DNA of 64,000 bases, from assembly GCA_944385275.1 (NCBI GenBank), contig CALWWP010000020.1, forward strand, positions 198 through 64,197, given 5' to 3'. The stretch is from an uncultured Oscillospiraceae bacterium. GTDB lineage: Bacteria; Bacillota; Clostridia; Oscillospirales; Oscillospiraceae. A program made the translations under genes and the position numbers. Every line of letters begins with the position of its first letter. The stretch's first letter is position 1. The notes under the pieces were generated by a model. That model saw nothing but the letters and a program-made list of their open reading frames with translations, was not told the origin of the DNA and searched no databases. Below, piece by piece: positions 21,480 through 31,283 of this stretch.

Positions 21480-24400
21480 TTATTCCTCCTCATCCGAAAA
21501 TTCGTCTGTGTCTTCCGAATCTTCCTCATCCTCGCCGTCATCGAAAAACTCGTCCTCGTCTTCGTCAAGCTCCACATCCTCAATGGTGTAGCCGCTCAGT
21601 TCCAGCTCATCATCGGAGCTGTAAGACGGCTCGTCGCGCATGGCGCCCTGGAAATCATCATCGTCATCATCGTTTTTGAGCTCTATCTCGTTGCCATCCT
21701 CATCCAGTATGCGTATATCCAAGCACAAAGACTGGAGCTCTTTGACCAAGACCTTAAACGACTCCGGTACGCCGGGCTGGGGAACATTGAGTCCTTTAAC
21801 TATAGATTCATACGTACGGACACGGCCTGTCACATCGTCTGACTTTACGGTCAGTATCTCCTGCAGGGTGTAAGCCGCACCGTAAGCTTCCAGCGCCCAG
21901 ACTTCCATTTCTCCGAAGCGCTGTCCGCCGAACTGGGCTTTGCCGCCCAGAGGCTGCTGCGTGACCAGAGAATACGGTCCTGTCGAACGCGCATGTATCT
22001 TGTCGTCGACCAAATGGTGAAGCTTCAGGAAGTAAACGTATCCGACGGTTACCGGGTTGTCAAAAGGCATTCCCGTACGTCCGTCATAGAGTATGCTTTT
22101 GCCGTCAGGACGCAGTCCGGCCAGCTCAAGCGTCTCTCTGATCTCTCCCTCTTTGGCTCCGTTGAATATCGGAGTGGCAACTTTCCAGCCAAGCGCCTGC
22201 GCAGCATATCCAAGGTGCACTTCGAGCACCTGTCCTATATTCATACGAGACGGTACGCCCAGAGGATTCAGCACTATGTCAAGAGGCGTTCCGTCCGGCA
22301 GATACGGCATATCCTCGCGAGGCAGTATTCTAGACACAACGCCCTTGTTTCCGTGGCGTCCGGCCATTTTGTCTCCAACGGATATTTTTCTCTTCTGCGC
22401 GATGTAGCAGCGCACCACCATGTTGACGCCCGGCCCAAGTTCATCTCCGGCCTCTCTGGTAAACACTTTTACATCCACTACAATGCCGCTTTCGCCGTGC
22501 GGGACTTTGAGAGATGTATCTCTTACTTCTCTCGCTTTCTCTCCGAAAATCGCCCTCAGGAGACGTTCTTCGGCCGTCAGATCTGTTTCGCCTTTTGGCG
22601 TCACTTTTCCTACTAGGATATCTCCGGCGCGCACCTCCGCTCCGACGGTGATGATACCTCTCTCGTCAAGGTATTTCAGAGCATCGTCGCCGACTCCCGG
22701 TATATCCCTCGTTATCTCTTCCGGCCCAAGCTTTGTATCGCGGGCGTCTATCTCGTACTCTTCGACGTGAAGCGATGTAAACACATCGTCCTGCACCAAA
22801 CGCTCATTGAGCAAAACAGCGTCTTCGTAGTTGTATCCTTCCCAGTTCATATATCCGACTAGGATGTTTTTGCCCAGCGATATCTCTCCCTGGCTGGTCG
22901 ATGGTCCGTCTGCGAGCACGGTCTCTTTAGTTACACGCTCTCCGACAGAAACTATAGGCCGCTGATTTATGCAGGTGCCTTGGTTGCTTCTTGCGAATTT
23001 GGTCAGATGATATGTTTTTGTCTCTCCGCTGTCATAGCATACGGAGATCTCATCCGCACTGACAGACGTCACGACGCCGTCTCCTGCAGACATGACTACT
23101 ACTCCGGAGTCTACGGCGCACTTGTGCTCGATTCCGGTGGCAACTATAGGAGCCTCCGTTATCATCAGCGGAACGGCCTGCCTCTGCATGTTTGCCCCCA
23201 TCAGCGCACGGTTTGCGTCGTCGTTTTCCAAAAACGGTATCATGGTAGTCGCTATTGAAACCATCATTCTCGGAGAAATATCGACAAAATCTACAAGTTC
23301 TTTGTCTATTTCTATGATCTCGTCTCTGTGGCGGCAAGTAATACGATCATTTATAAAGCAGTTGTTCTCATCCAGCGGCTCTGTTGCCATCGCGACGATG
23401 TAGTCGTCTTCCATATCAGCAGTAAGATAATATACTTCGTCGGTCACTCTGCCGGTGGCCTTGTCTACTTTTCTATACGGAGCTACAAGGAAACCGTATT
23501 CATTTACTCTGGCATAGCTCGCCAGATATGATATCAGACCGATATTAGGACCTTCAGGCGTCTCGATGGGGCACATTCTGCCGTAGTGGCTGTAGTGTAC
23601 GTCACGGACATCAAAGCTCGCTCTTTCTCTGGAAAGTCCGCCCGGTCCAAGGGCAGACATCCTGCGCTTATGAGTAAGTTCTGCAAGCGGATTTGTCTGA
23701 TCCATGAACTGCGACAGCGGCGAAGATCCGAAAAACTCTTTCATCGCGGCAGTAACAGGACGTATATTGATAAGCGACTGAGGGGTAACAATGTCCAGAT
23801 CCTGAAGAGTCATGCGCTCTCTGATAACTCTCTCCATTCTGGAAAAGCCTACTCGGAACTGGTTCTGCAGAAGCTCTCCAACGCTTCTCATACGGCGGTT
23901 TCCAAGGTGGTCTATGTCATCGCCTTCTCCGATACCGTGAGCAAGCGCGTTGAGATAGTTTACCGAAGCAAAAATATCATCCGGGATTATGTGTTTCGGT
24001 ATGAGCTCGTCTATATTGTCTATTATCGCTTCCTTGAGTTCTTCGCCCTCATACTGTTCCAGAAGCGGTCTCAAAATGACAAAGCGAACTTTTTCCCTTA
24101 CTCCTATCTCCTTTGGATCAAAGTCCACAAAACCGTTGAGCGCTACCATGCCGTTGCCGAAGACCTTCACCGTCTTCTCATCGCTCGTCGCAATGTATGC
24201 CTCGTTTACGCCCCTGCGCTCAAGCTCATCAGCCTTTTCCAAGCTGATGGTCTCGCCCGCTTCAGCCAATATTTCTCCGGTCATCGGGTCTACAACAGGC
24301 ATTGCGAGCACGTGTCCCGCGATCCTTTTCCTGATCGACAGCTTTTTATTGAACTTATATCTTCCCACATTGGAGATATCATAGTGGTGAGGATCAAAAA

Positions 24401-25229
24401 ACAGATTGTATATCAGCGTTTCGGCGCTCTCTATTGTGGGGGGATCTCCCGGACGGAGGCGGCGGTATATCTCAAGCAGCGCCTCTTCTCTGCTCTCACA
24501 CGTGTCTTTGTCCAGAGTGGCGGTAATGCGCTCATCCTCTCCAAAAACATCTTTTAACTGCTGATTCGTAATAGCGCCTACTTCGCCTCCGGACATGGAC
24601 AGCCAAGAGTATGGAGCGTCTTCGCGGCGGATGCCAATAGCCTTCAGCAGGCAAGTTATGGGCAGCTTTCTGTTTTTATCGATACGGACATTGAACATAT
24701 CGGCAGCGTCCGTCTCATATTCGAGCCACGCCCCTCTATACGGTATAAGCGTCGAATTGTATACCGATATACCGACCTTATCCATTTTTTTCTCATAGTA
24801 TGCTCCGGGGGAGCGGACTATCTGAGATACGATTACGCGCTCTGCTCCGTTGATGATAAAAGTTCCGCCGTCAGTCATGAGCGGGAAATCTCCCATAAAG
24901 ATCTCCTGCTCTTTTATTTCCTCTGTTTCCTTGTTTCTCAGTCTGACGCTGACTTTGAGCGGCGCTGCGTATGTGGCGTCGCGGGCCTTGCACTCTTCTT
25001 CGGAATACTTTGGCGGTTCGTTCATGGAGTAATCAATGAACGTCAGTTCAAGATTCCCTGAATAATCCGAAATTGCAGCTACATCCCTAAATACTTCTTT
25101 CAGACCAGTGTCGAGAAACCACTGATACGAATTCTTTTGTATCTCCAAAAGATTTGGCATATCTTGGATCTCTTCCTGTTTGGCAAAGCTTTTACGGAGC
25201 GTTTTCCCGTAGTATACGTCTTTTACCAT
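21480..25229 (-). CDS. rpoB: DNA-directed RNA polymerase subunit beta, with a polyanionic C-terminal extension
   Basis: The track ORF opens at 25283. ATG 25229 ([15 protein letters not shown]) follows AGGAG. Conserved beta motifs are present ([12 protein letters not shown] and others). The last ~60 aa are Asp/Glu-rich. The stop lies 2 nt before the rpoC ATG. Confidence 0.97.
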   Translation of the reverse strand: MVKDVYYGKTLRKSFAKQEEIQDMPNLLEIQKNSYQWFLDTGLKEVFRDVAAISDYSGNLELTFIDYSMNEPPKYSEEECKARDATYAAPLKVSVRLRNKETEEIKEQEIFMGDFPLMTDGGTFIINGAERVIVSQIVRSPGAYYEKKMDKVGISVYNSTLIPYRGAWLEYETDAADMFNVRIDKNRKLPITCLLKAIGIRREDAPYSWLSMSGGEVGAITNQQLKDVFGEDERITATLDKDTCESREEALLEIYRRLRPGDPPTIESAETLIYNLFFDPHHYDISNVGRYKFNKKLSIRKRIAGHVLAMPVVDPMTGEILAEAGETISLEKADELERRGVNEAYIATSDEKTVKVFGNGMVALNGFVDFDPKEIGVREKVRFVILRPLLEQYEGEELKEAIIDNIDELIPKHIIPDDIFASVNYLNALAHGIGEGDDIDHLGNRRMRSVGELLQNQFRVGFSRMERVIRERMTLQDLDIVTPQSLINIRPVTAAMKEFFGSSPLSQFMDQTNPLAELTHKRRMSALGPGGLSRERASFDVRDVHYSHYGRMCPIETPEGPNIGLISYLASYARVNEYGFLVAPYRKVDKATGRVTDEVYYLTADMEDDYIVAMATEPLDENNCFINDRITCRHRDEIIEIDKELVDFVDISPRMMVSIATTMIPFLENDDANRALMGANMQRQAVPLMITEAPIVATGIEHKCAVDSGVVVMSAGDGVVTSVSADEISVCYDSGETKTYHLTKFARSNQGTCINQRPIVSVGERVTKETVLADGPSTSQGEISLGKNILVGYMNWEGYNYEDAVLLNERLVQDDVFTSLHVEEYEIDARDTKLGPEEITRDIPGVGDDALKYLDERGIITVGAEVRAGDILVGKVTPKGETDLTAEERLLRAIFGEKAREVRDTSLKVPHGESGIVVDVKVFTREAGDELGPGVNMVVRCYIAQKRKISVGDKMAGRHGNKGVVSRILPREDMPYLPDGTPLDIVLNPLGVPSRMNIGQVLEVHLGYAAQALGWKVATPIFNGAKEGEIRETLELAGLRPDGKSILYDGRTGMPFDNPVTVGYVYFLKLHHLVDDKIHARSTGPYSLVTQQPLGGKAQFGGQRFGEMEVWALEAYGAAYTLQEILTVKSDDVTGRVRTYESIVKGLNVPQPGVPESFKVLVKELQSLCLDIRILDEDGNEIELKNDDDDDDFQGAMRDEPSYSSDDELELSGYTIEDVELDEDEDEFFDDGEDEEDSEDTDEFSDEEE

Positions 25230-25318
25230 GCCGCGTTCACTCCTTGCAATTTGATTAAGTATCGTCCCTTCGCTTGTTGACACACTCGGAAGCGTTGTTC
25301 TATTTTGTAATCGTTTTG

Positions 25319-25346
25319 TTGATTTTTCTGCTATATGTGATATAAT
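25319..25346 (+). promoter_or_regulatory. divergent sigma-A-type promoter toward the GT-C-like gene
   Basis: TTGATT (25319-25324), 16-nt spacer, TGaTATAAT extended -10 (25338-25346). Confidence 0.55.
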
Positions 25347-25398
25347 GCTTTCATAAATAGAATCGGAGTGTTGTCCACCTTTTTTGCAAATAGCAAGT

Positions 25399-25428
25399 TA
25401 TTATATCAATTATACAAAATTTTGTCAA
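25399..25428 (-). promoter_or_regulatory. sigma-A-type promoter for rpoBC
   Basis: Minus strand TTGACA (25428-25423), 18-nt spacer, TATAAT (25404-25399). Implies a leader of ~160 nt. Confidence 0.6.
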
Positions 25429-25459
25429 TATATTTTTGTACTTTTAACAGATTTTTTTG

Positions 25460-25487
25460 CGGAGAAAAGCTATTTTCTCCGTTTTTT
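25460..25487 (+). terminator. terminator-like hairpin in the leader of the GT-C-like gene
   Basis: CGGAGAAAA-GCTA-TTTTCTCCG followed by TTTTTT. It lies between the predicted + promoter and the ATG at 25517. Confidence 0.5.
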
Positions 25488-25516
25488 ATTGTAATAATTT
25501 TTTAAGGAGTATTCTA

Positions 25517-26860
25517 ATGAAACGCTCTTTTTTAGAAAACAGGCCATACCGCACCTTTGCCATAGCCCTGCTTTCCTCTGTTCTGTTTATAGCCTCTCTT
25601 TATTGCGCCTTCTTTACGTCTGGCTATGCTGATTTTTTTACCTCACTGTTTATCTCTATATTTGCGGCGGCCTTGTATGCTTTTGCATTGTTTTCCATCT
25701 ATCGTATCGCCCCTTTGAGATCTCCCGATATTCTACTGGTGATGAGTGTTCCGATAGCCTTGGCTATTTTATTTAGAATATATTGTTTAGACCACGTAAC
25801 TACTGATTACACCGTATTCCTGTCGCAATGGACAAACTATTTTAGAGACAACGGCGGATTTCTGGCGTTGGACAGTTCTATAGGAAATTACAACATTCCT
25901 TACCTTTACTTTCTCGCTCTGTTTTCCTACCTGCCCTTTCCAGATCTTTACCTGATAAAACTCCTGTCGGTCTTTTTTGATTTTATACTTGCCCTATACT
26001 GCACCAAGCTGCTGTCGGTCTTTACAAAGAATCAGACAAAGCTTCAGCTGTGCTACTGCATTGTGCTTCTTTTGCCAACAGTGCTTTTAAACGGCTCATA
26101 CTGGGGACAGTGCGACTCCATTTATGTTTCTTTTGCCATTATGAGTCTGTATTACGCCCTGTCCGGAAGGCCGTTCCTATCCGTTTCACTCTTGGCAGTC
26201 TCTTTTTCTTTTAAACTGCAGGCAGTGTTCTTCATGCCAATATTCCTGCTGCTGCTTTTTTCAAAGCACATACGTATCCGACACTTGTTCGCCTTTCCAG
26301 CAGCATATATCTTGACTATTCTGCCGGCCGTTTTCCTTGGGCGCCCGTTTTTCGATGCGCTGCTGATATATTTCAATCAAATAGACACCGTTGGCGAACT
26401 GCTGAATTACAACTCCCCGTCTGCTTTTGCATTTCCATGGATCGAAAGCCTCTCAAGCCCGGCAGTACTTGAAAAAATTGGGATATGTATGGCCTTTGCC
26501 CTTGTCTCCGCCACAGCTGTTTTGTTTCTCATCAGGCGTAACCGCATCAATGCAGACGCACTGCTCACGGCGTCTTTCCTGTTTGCTGTTGGAATACCGT
26601 TCCTGCTCCCACATATGCACGACCGTTACTTTTTCGGAGCAGATATTCTGTCAGTTATATACGCTCTTGTGCATTTAAAACGCATCCCTCTCATCGCCGC
26701 CACAAGCTTTGCTTCCTTACTTGGTTATTTCGCGTATCTGAAGGGTTTTTACTATCTTCCGATGTACTACGGCTCCATCCTGCTGCTCATTACGATTTTA
26801 GTGCTCATATACGATATCGTGCAGACCAACTACCGCGGACGCCGGGTACGTTCCAGATGA
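25517..26860 (+). CDS. GT-C-fold integral membrane glycosyltransferase-like protein (Gpi18/PIG-V-like, DUF2029-type)
   Basis: ATG 25517 lies 7 nt after AAGGAG. About 12 TM helices, an acidic first loop (LDHVTTDY) and a WGQCDSIY motif typical of Gpi18-like mannosyltransferase homologues in Firmicutes. Family assignment is from memory only. Confidence 0.55.
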   Translation: MKRSFLENRPYRTFAIALLSSVLFIASLYCAFFTSGYADFFTSLFISIFAAALYAFALFSIYRIAPLRSPDILLVMSVPIALAILFRIYCLDHVTTDYTVFLSQWTNYFRDNGGFLALDSSIGNYNIPYLYFLALFSYLPFPDLYLIKLLSVFFDFILALYCTKLLSVFTKNQTKLQLCYCIVLLLPTVLLNGSYWGQCDSIYVSFAIMSLYYALSGRPFLSVSLLAVSFSFKLQAVFFMPIFLLLLFSKHIRIRHLFAFPAAYILTILPAVFLGRPFFDALLIYFNQIDTVGELLNYNSPSAFAFPWIESLSSPAVLEKIGICMAFALVSATAVLFLIRRNRINADALLTASFLFAVGIPFLLPHMHDRYFFGADILSVIYALVHLKRIPLIAATSFASLLGYFAYLKGFYYLPMYYGSILLLITILVLIYDIVQTNYRGRRVRSR

Positions 26861-26898
26861 CGGTCCGGCAAAATTGATCACACTCTCCAACCAATATT

Positions 26899-26938
26899 AA
26901 AGCAGCCTGTTTTCTCAAATGAAAACGGCTGCTTTTTT
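26899..26938 (+). terminator. intrinsic terminator after the GT-C-like gene (possibly bidirectional)
   Basis: AGCAGCC(T)GTTTTC / GAAAACGGCTGCT stem followed by TTTTTT. Confidence 0.75.
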
Positions 26939-26952
26939 ATCAAGCTCAGTAT

Positions 26953-27771
26953 TTATTGTATTCTATTAGTTCTGCCGCATCCCTTTGCGCGCAGCAGAAC
27001 ATTCAACACGCTCCCCATGATCAATATATTACCGCAGAAATACAGCCACACCATTAATATGACCATAGACGCCAAAGACCCATATACAAGAGAATATCTT
27101 GCGGAAAAATCGATGGCTCTCGACATAACGATACTGACGAGAACTATTCCCAGCGCTGCAGCTCCTGCTCCGATCCCCACCGGGCTCCGGCGTTTGCCTC
27201 TTGTAAGCGATAGCTTATACAGTCCCGTGATAAGCAAAAAGAATATGGCAAACATTAAAACGAATCGAAACCACCTCCAAAACTGAGTAAGTTTCGAATA
27301 GTGCCAGAACTCCTGAAGCCAGTCAATAAACCATCCTCCGGTTATTATTATCACTATCGACAAATAAATTGACAGAAGGAAAAGGATCGAATATGCAAAG
27401 CTGAGAATGAACCACAGAGTACCGTGTTTTCCGTCTTCTCCTCTTATAGCCGTAACCGCGGCAAGCAGTACCCTAAATCCGGCCGACGATGTAGTGAGCA
27501 TGAGCAGTGTCCCTGCCACAAGCATAGAACTCGAGAAATTACCCGAAATATAGTCTGTATATTCCGCAAATATAGTCAATATTTCCTCCGGCAGCAATCC
27601 TTCTCCGTAAGCCAAAATATCCATGCCGCTTATATCAAGCATAGACAGCAAGGCAGTGAGACATATGAGCAGTGGAAAAATGGACAGCGTGAGATAATAC
27701 GACAGCGCGGCCGATGAACGCGATACGCCTTTAAATCTATAAGAGTCCGCCATTTCTCTAATTATCTCCAT
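26953..27771 (-). CDS. YihY/BrkB (virulence factor BrkB / former RNase BN) family membrane protein
   Basis: ATG 27771 lies 8 nt after AAGGAG. SSAALSYYLTLSIFPLLICL is the family signature, and there are 6 TM helices. Confidence 0.7.
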   Translation of the reverse strand: MEIIREMADSYRFKGVSRSSAALSYYLTLSIFPLLICLTALLSMLDISGMDILAYGEGLLPEEILTIFAEYTDYISGNFSSSMLVAGTLLMLTTSSAGFRVLLAAVTAIRGEDGKHGTLWFILSFAYSILFLLSIYLSIVIIITGGWFIDWLQEFWHYSKLTQFWRWFRFVLMFAIFFLLITGLYKLSLTRGKRRSPVGIGAGAAALGIVLVSIVMSRAIDFSARYSLVYGSLASMVILMVWLYFCGNILIMGSVLNVLLRAKGCGRTNRIQ

Positions 27772-27862
27772 GATGCTCACTCCTTTTTCTTTATACATTA
27801 TAATTATGGTACCATAATCAGGAAAAAACTACAATCCAACTTTGCGAAATTGTCCATTTAAT

Positions 27863-27905
27863 ATAAAATAAAACGGCAGGCCGCCAATTATGCAGGCGGC
27901 CTGCC
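27863..27905 (-). terminator. intrinsic terminator after ftsZ
   Basis: GGCAGGCCGCC / GGCGGCCTGCC 11-bp stem (27875-27905), followed on the minus strand by GTTTTATTTT. Confidence 0.85.
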
Positions 27906-27918
27906 ATTATTTCATTTT

Positions 27919-28995
27919 TTATCTTGAGCCAAACACTTTGAAAATATCATCCAGATCTATATCGCTGTCTCCGCCGGAAGACGACGGCTTGTCCGCCGTT
28001 TCTCCCTCACTCTTTGCAGCGTCTTTCTTAGCATTGTTTCTATCCGAAAAACCTGTAGCTATAACAGTTACGCGGATCTCATCATCCATGGTCTCATCAA
28101 ACGTAGCACCAAAAATAATGTTAGCGTCCGGATGCGCCGCTTCCTGAACAAGGCTTGCAGCGATCTCGACTTCTTCAAGTCCGATATCCATAGAACCGGT
28201 GATATTCACCAAGACACCGCCTGCACCGTCAATTGAAGTTTCCATAAGTGGGCTGGCAACCGCTGCCTTTGCCGCGTCTTCAGCTTTACCCTTTCCGGTA
28301 GCATGTCCAACGCCCATATGAGCGTATCCGGCATCTTTCATAATCGTCGTAACATCAGCAAAGTCAAGATTTATAAATCCTGTATTCTTAATAAGATCAG
28401 AAATACTCGTGACCGCCTGATGCAGAACATCGTCAGCTATCTCAAACGCATTGGCAAAGGTAACCTTTTGATCGGTCGCGAATTTCAAGCGGTCGTTCGG
28501 AATGACCAAAAGCGAATCCACTTTGTCAAGAAGTTCCTTTATTCCCTCTTCCGCCTGAACCATCCTGCGTCTTCCCTCAAAACTAAAAGGCTTCGTTACA
28601 ACACCAACGGTAAGTATACCGGCTTCGCGGGCAATATCCGCAACTATCGGAGCAGCCCCTGTCCCTGTTCCGCCGCCCATACCGGCCGTAATGAAAACCA
28701 TATCTGCATCTTCAAAAGACTTTATAATGTTGTTTCTGTTTTCTTCCGCAGACTTCCGTCCGACTTCTGGATCTGAGCCCGCGCCCTGTCCATGCGTCAG
28801 CTTCTCGCCTATTTGAATCTTCTGATTTGCATTTGATATGGCTAAAGCCTGCTTGTCCGTATTTATAGCTATAAATTCAACACCCTTGGTGTTTGATCTA
28901 ACCATTCTGTTGACAACGTTGTTTCCAGCACCACCCACACCAACGACTTTTATAGTAACAACATTGTCTGGACCAGTTTCCATTAAATTCGACAT
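27919..28995 (-). CDS. ftsZ: cell division GTPase FtsZ
   Basis: 358 aa with the tubulin signature [10 protein letters not shown], the NTDKQAL motif and a C-terminal conserved peptide ([11 protein letters not shown]). Confidence 0.98.
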   Translation of the reverse strand: MSNLMETGPDNVVTIKVVGVGGAGNNVVNRMVRSNTKGVEFIAINTDKQALAISNANQKIQIGEKLTHGQGAGSDPEVGRKSAEENRNNIIKSFEDADMVFITAGMGGGTGTGAAPIVADIAREAGILTVGVVTKPFSFEGRRRMVQAEEGIKELLDKVDSLLVIPNDRLKFATDQKVTFANAFEIADDVLHQAVTSISDLIKNTGFINLDFADVTTIMKDAGYAHMGVGHATGKGKAEDAAKAAVASPLMETSIDGAGGVLVNITGSMDIGLEEVEIAASLVQEAAHPDANIIFGATFDETMDDEIRVTVIATGFSDRNNAKKDAAKSEGETADKPSSSGGDSDIDLDDIFKVFGSR

Positions 28996-29094
28996 ATCTT
29001 AACCTCCTGCATTTATTTCGATCTACGTATGGTTGAAAATCGGGGGGATTTTTTGCACACTTTACGAGTCTACATTACATTTTTCTATTTTTCA

Positions 29095-29123
29095 ATTTTA
29101 TCTCGAAAGCTTTACAAGGTCAA
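29095..29123 (-). promoter_or_regulatory. sigma-A-type promoter for ftsZ
   Basis: Minus strand TTGACC (29123-29118), 17-nt spacer, TAAAAT (29100-29095). Confidence 0.5.
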
Positions 29124-29161
29124 TAGAAAAATAATGCAAAATTAAGTATTTTTTGATTTTC

Positions 29162-29230
29162 TCAGTTCGGGATCACATGAGCCACCTTGTCTGTTGAAAG
29201 ATCTACCGTGCCCGTCTCTCCGTCTGCCAT
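29162..29230 (-). pseudogene. possible relic of the ftsA 5' end (22-codon ORF abutting the ftsQ stop)
   Basis: ATG directly follows the ftsQ TGA. The translation MADGETGTVDLSTDKVAHVIPN* resembles the FtsA N-terminal phosphate-1 strand (..LDIGTSKV.A.V..). It occupies the position ftsA normally holds. Short and speculative. Confidence 0.3.
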
Positions 29231-29905
29231 TCAATCCAATGCGATCAAAAACAGATCTATTTTATATTCCACCATCTCATATTTCCCCATTTCTACGTTC
29301 AGTCTCCCGTCGTAGTCAAAGGTCAAATTGTTTGCATTTGTTATATCAAGCTGGTGAACATACGTGCAAAGGCCTTTATCATACAGTGCCGACAAAGTTT
29401 CGGCCAGATATTTTACTTTCGTGGCATTCGACTCCCCAGCGGCGATCGTATCTCCCACCGAAGGTAAAATCGGAGTTACTCCGGTGATGTGTATCATAGA
29501 TTGAACGCCTGACAAGCTGTCTTTACGTTCCAATATCGTACAGTCCTTATCCACTATCCAATAGCTTGTCCCATCGAAAAAATATCCAACCGGCACGCGC
29601 TCTGTAACATTTATCACAACGGTTCCGGGCAGCTTCCTGTCAACAGATACCTTTTCCACATATGGCATCGCTTCGATTATCCTGCTGGACACCCGCGATG
29701 AATTTATTGCAAAAAGATAATCTCCTTCTTGTATGCCCGAAGCTACAATTATACTTTCCGTATCACTGACGCTGTTTCCCTCTACAGTGACCTCTGCCAC
29801 TTTGAAAAACACACTGACTCCAAGCGCGATAGCAACGCACATAAGGAGGAAGGATATGGGCTTATATATAGCCCCTCGTCTGCGTTTCCTTGATCTCTGC
29901 GCCAT
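29231..29905 (-). CDS. ftsQ: cell division protein FtsQ/DivIB
   Basis: 224 aa with a basic N-terminus, a single TM helix, a POTRA-like domain (VAEVTVEGNSVSDTESI) and an FtsQ-type C-domain. Position is just upstream of ftsZ. Confidence 0.75.
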   Translation of the reverse strand: MAQRSRKRRRGAIYKPISFLLMCVAIALGVSVFFKVAEVTVEGNSVSDTESIIVASGIQEGDYLFAINSSRVSSRIIEAMPYVEKVSVDRKLPGTVVINVTERVPVGYFFDGTSYWIVDKDCTILERKDSLSGVQSMIHITGVTPILPSVGDTIAAGESNATKVKYLAETLSALYDKGLCTYVHQLDITNANNLTFDYDGRLNVEMGKYEMVEYKIDLFLIALD

Positions 29906-29938
29906 AAGATATCCTCTCCTCCTTTCTTTTTTCTTCTG

Positions 29939-31189
29939 TTATATTCTCCGAGCATCCGCTCCAAGTTTTGAAAGAGCAGTTTCTATATGCTCATATCCTC
30001 TGTCCACGTGAGACAGCCCAGTAATGTCGCTAGTGCCTTCTGCGGCAAGCGCGGCTATGATAAGCGCCGCTCCGCCTCGCAGATCGGTAGACTCCACCGC
30101 AGCTCCGTGCAGCCGCTGTACGCCGCACACAACTGCAACTCTGTCTTTTATGCGCACATCTGCGCCCATGCGAAGCAGCTCCGGGACGTGCCGATACCTG
30201 TTCTCGAATATATTCTCCACAAATACCGTAGTACCCTTTGCCAATAGACTCGCCGCCATGACAGGAGGCTGTGCATCTGTCGGAAAATCCGGATACGGTC
30301 CTGTGCACACAGGACGCACCGCCGAAAGGTCTCCCTGCCGTGCGACCAGAAGTTCCTTGCCGTGCAGGTCTATAGTGCATCCCATTTCCCTCATCACATT
30401 TACAACTGTGTCTATATGACACGGCTCTACGCCGCGCAAAGCTATTTTGCCGCCGGCAGCTCCAAGGGCCGCTATATAGCTCGCCGCGACTATCCTGTCT
30501 GGAATAATGCGGTGTTCTATTCCCTTTTCTTTCGGACGCCCTTCGACCCTTATTATCGCAGTCCCGGCTCCGCATATATCAACTCCGGTTTTATTTAAAT
30601 AGTCCTGCAAGTCGCATATCTCCGGCTCTCTGGCCGCATTGATTATCAGCGTCGTTCCTTCACAGGCGCATGCAGCAAGCATCGCATTTTCCGTAGCGCC
30701 TACGCTCGGAATAGGAAAATGTATTTTGTTGCCCTGCAGCTTTTCCGCCGCACACAATATCTTTCCTCCGTGCTCTTTAATATGCGTTCCAAGTGTTCTC
30801 AACGCGTATAAGTGCAGATCTATCGGGCGCGGTCCAAGCTCGCATCCGCCGGGCATAGACAGCTCCGCCTCGCCGGCTCTTGCAAGGATAGCGCCCATAA
30901 AAACTACCGACGAACGCATTTCTCTCATCAATCCATCGGGTATATCGCATCGGTCCATAGTAGATGAATCTATCCAAACCGATGTCCCCTCGCGCTTTAC
31001 CCTGCATCCAAGATGCTTCAATATTTTAATAGACACTTCTACATCGCTCAGCGCCGGACAATTATGTATAACGCTTTCGCCGTTAGCCACTATGGCCGCG
31101 GCCATTATTGGCAGAACGCTGTTTTTAGCGCCGTGTATAGTCAGCGCACCATCAAGCGCTCTTCCACCTTCAATACGCAGAATGCTCAT
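29939..31189 (-). CDS. murA: UDP-N-acetylglucosamine 1-carboxyvinyltransferase
   Basis: ATG 31189 lies 7 nt after GGAGGA. Begins MSILRIEGGRALDGALTIHGAKNS, and the active-site Cys loop PGGCELGPRPID is present. Confidence 0.92.
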   Translation of the reverse strand: MSILRIEGGRALDGALTIHGAKNSVLPIMAAAIVANGESVIHNCPALSDVEVSIKILKHLGCRVKREGTSVWIDSSTMDRCDIPDGLMREMRSSVVFMGAILARAGEAELSMPGGCELGPRPIDLHLYALRTLGTHIKEHGGKILCAAEKLQGNKIHFPIPSVGATENAMLAACACEGTTLIINAAREPEICDLQDYLNKTGVDICGAGTAIIRVEGRPKEKGIEHRIIPDRIVAASYIAALGAAGGKIALRGVEPCHIDTVVNVMREMGCTIDLHGKELLVARQGDLSAVRPVCTGPYPDFPTDAQPPVMAASLLAKGTTVFVENIFENRYRHVPELLRMGADVRIKDRVAVVCGVQRLHGAAVESTDLRGGAALIIAALAAEGTSDITGLSHVDRGYEHIETALSKLGADARRI

Positions 31190-31283
31190 GTTACGTTCCT
31201 CCGCGGCGTCCTTTCTCAAGTCCGCCTATGAATTGAAAAAACTAACTGTTTTCTCTCCATACTATGCAGAGGCCGCCAGTTGG

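Noticed and set aside
21172-21591. Serine-rich ORF (..[33 protein letters not shown]) that looks like a low-complexity secreted protein.
   Set aside because: It is the antisense reading of the Asp/Glu-rich rpoB tail (GAA/GAG/GAC read as TTC/CTC/GTC, shifted) and of the rpoC 5' end. It is not an independent gene.
18241-24557. Long antisense ORFs inside rpoC (18241..19221, 326 aa) and rpoB (23586..24557, 323 aa). Similar ones lie in metF (46896..47756) and the PBP gene (37705..38388).
   Set aside because: Each is in register with the sense codons (offsets divisible by 3) and lacks start signals. They reflect avoidance of TTA/CTA/TCA codons in the sense genes.
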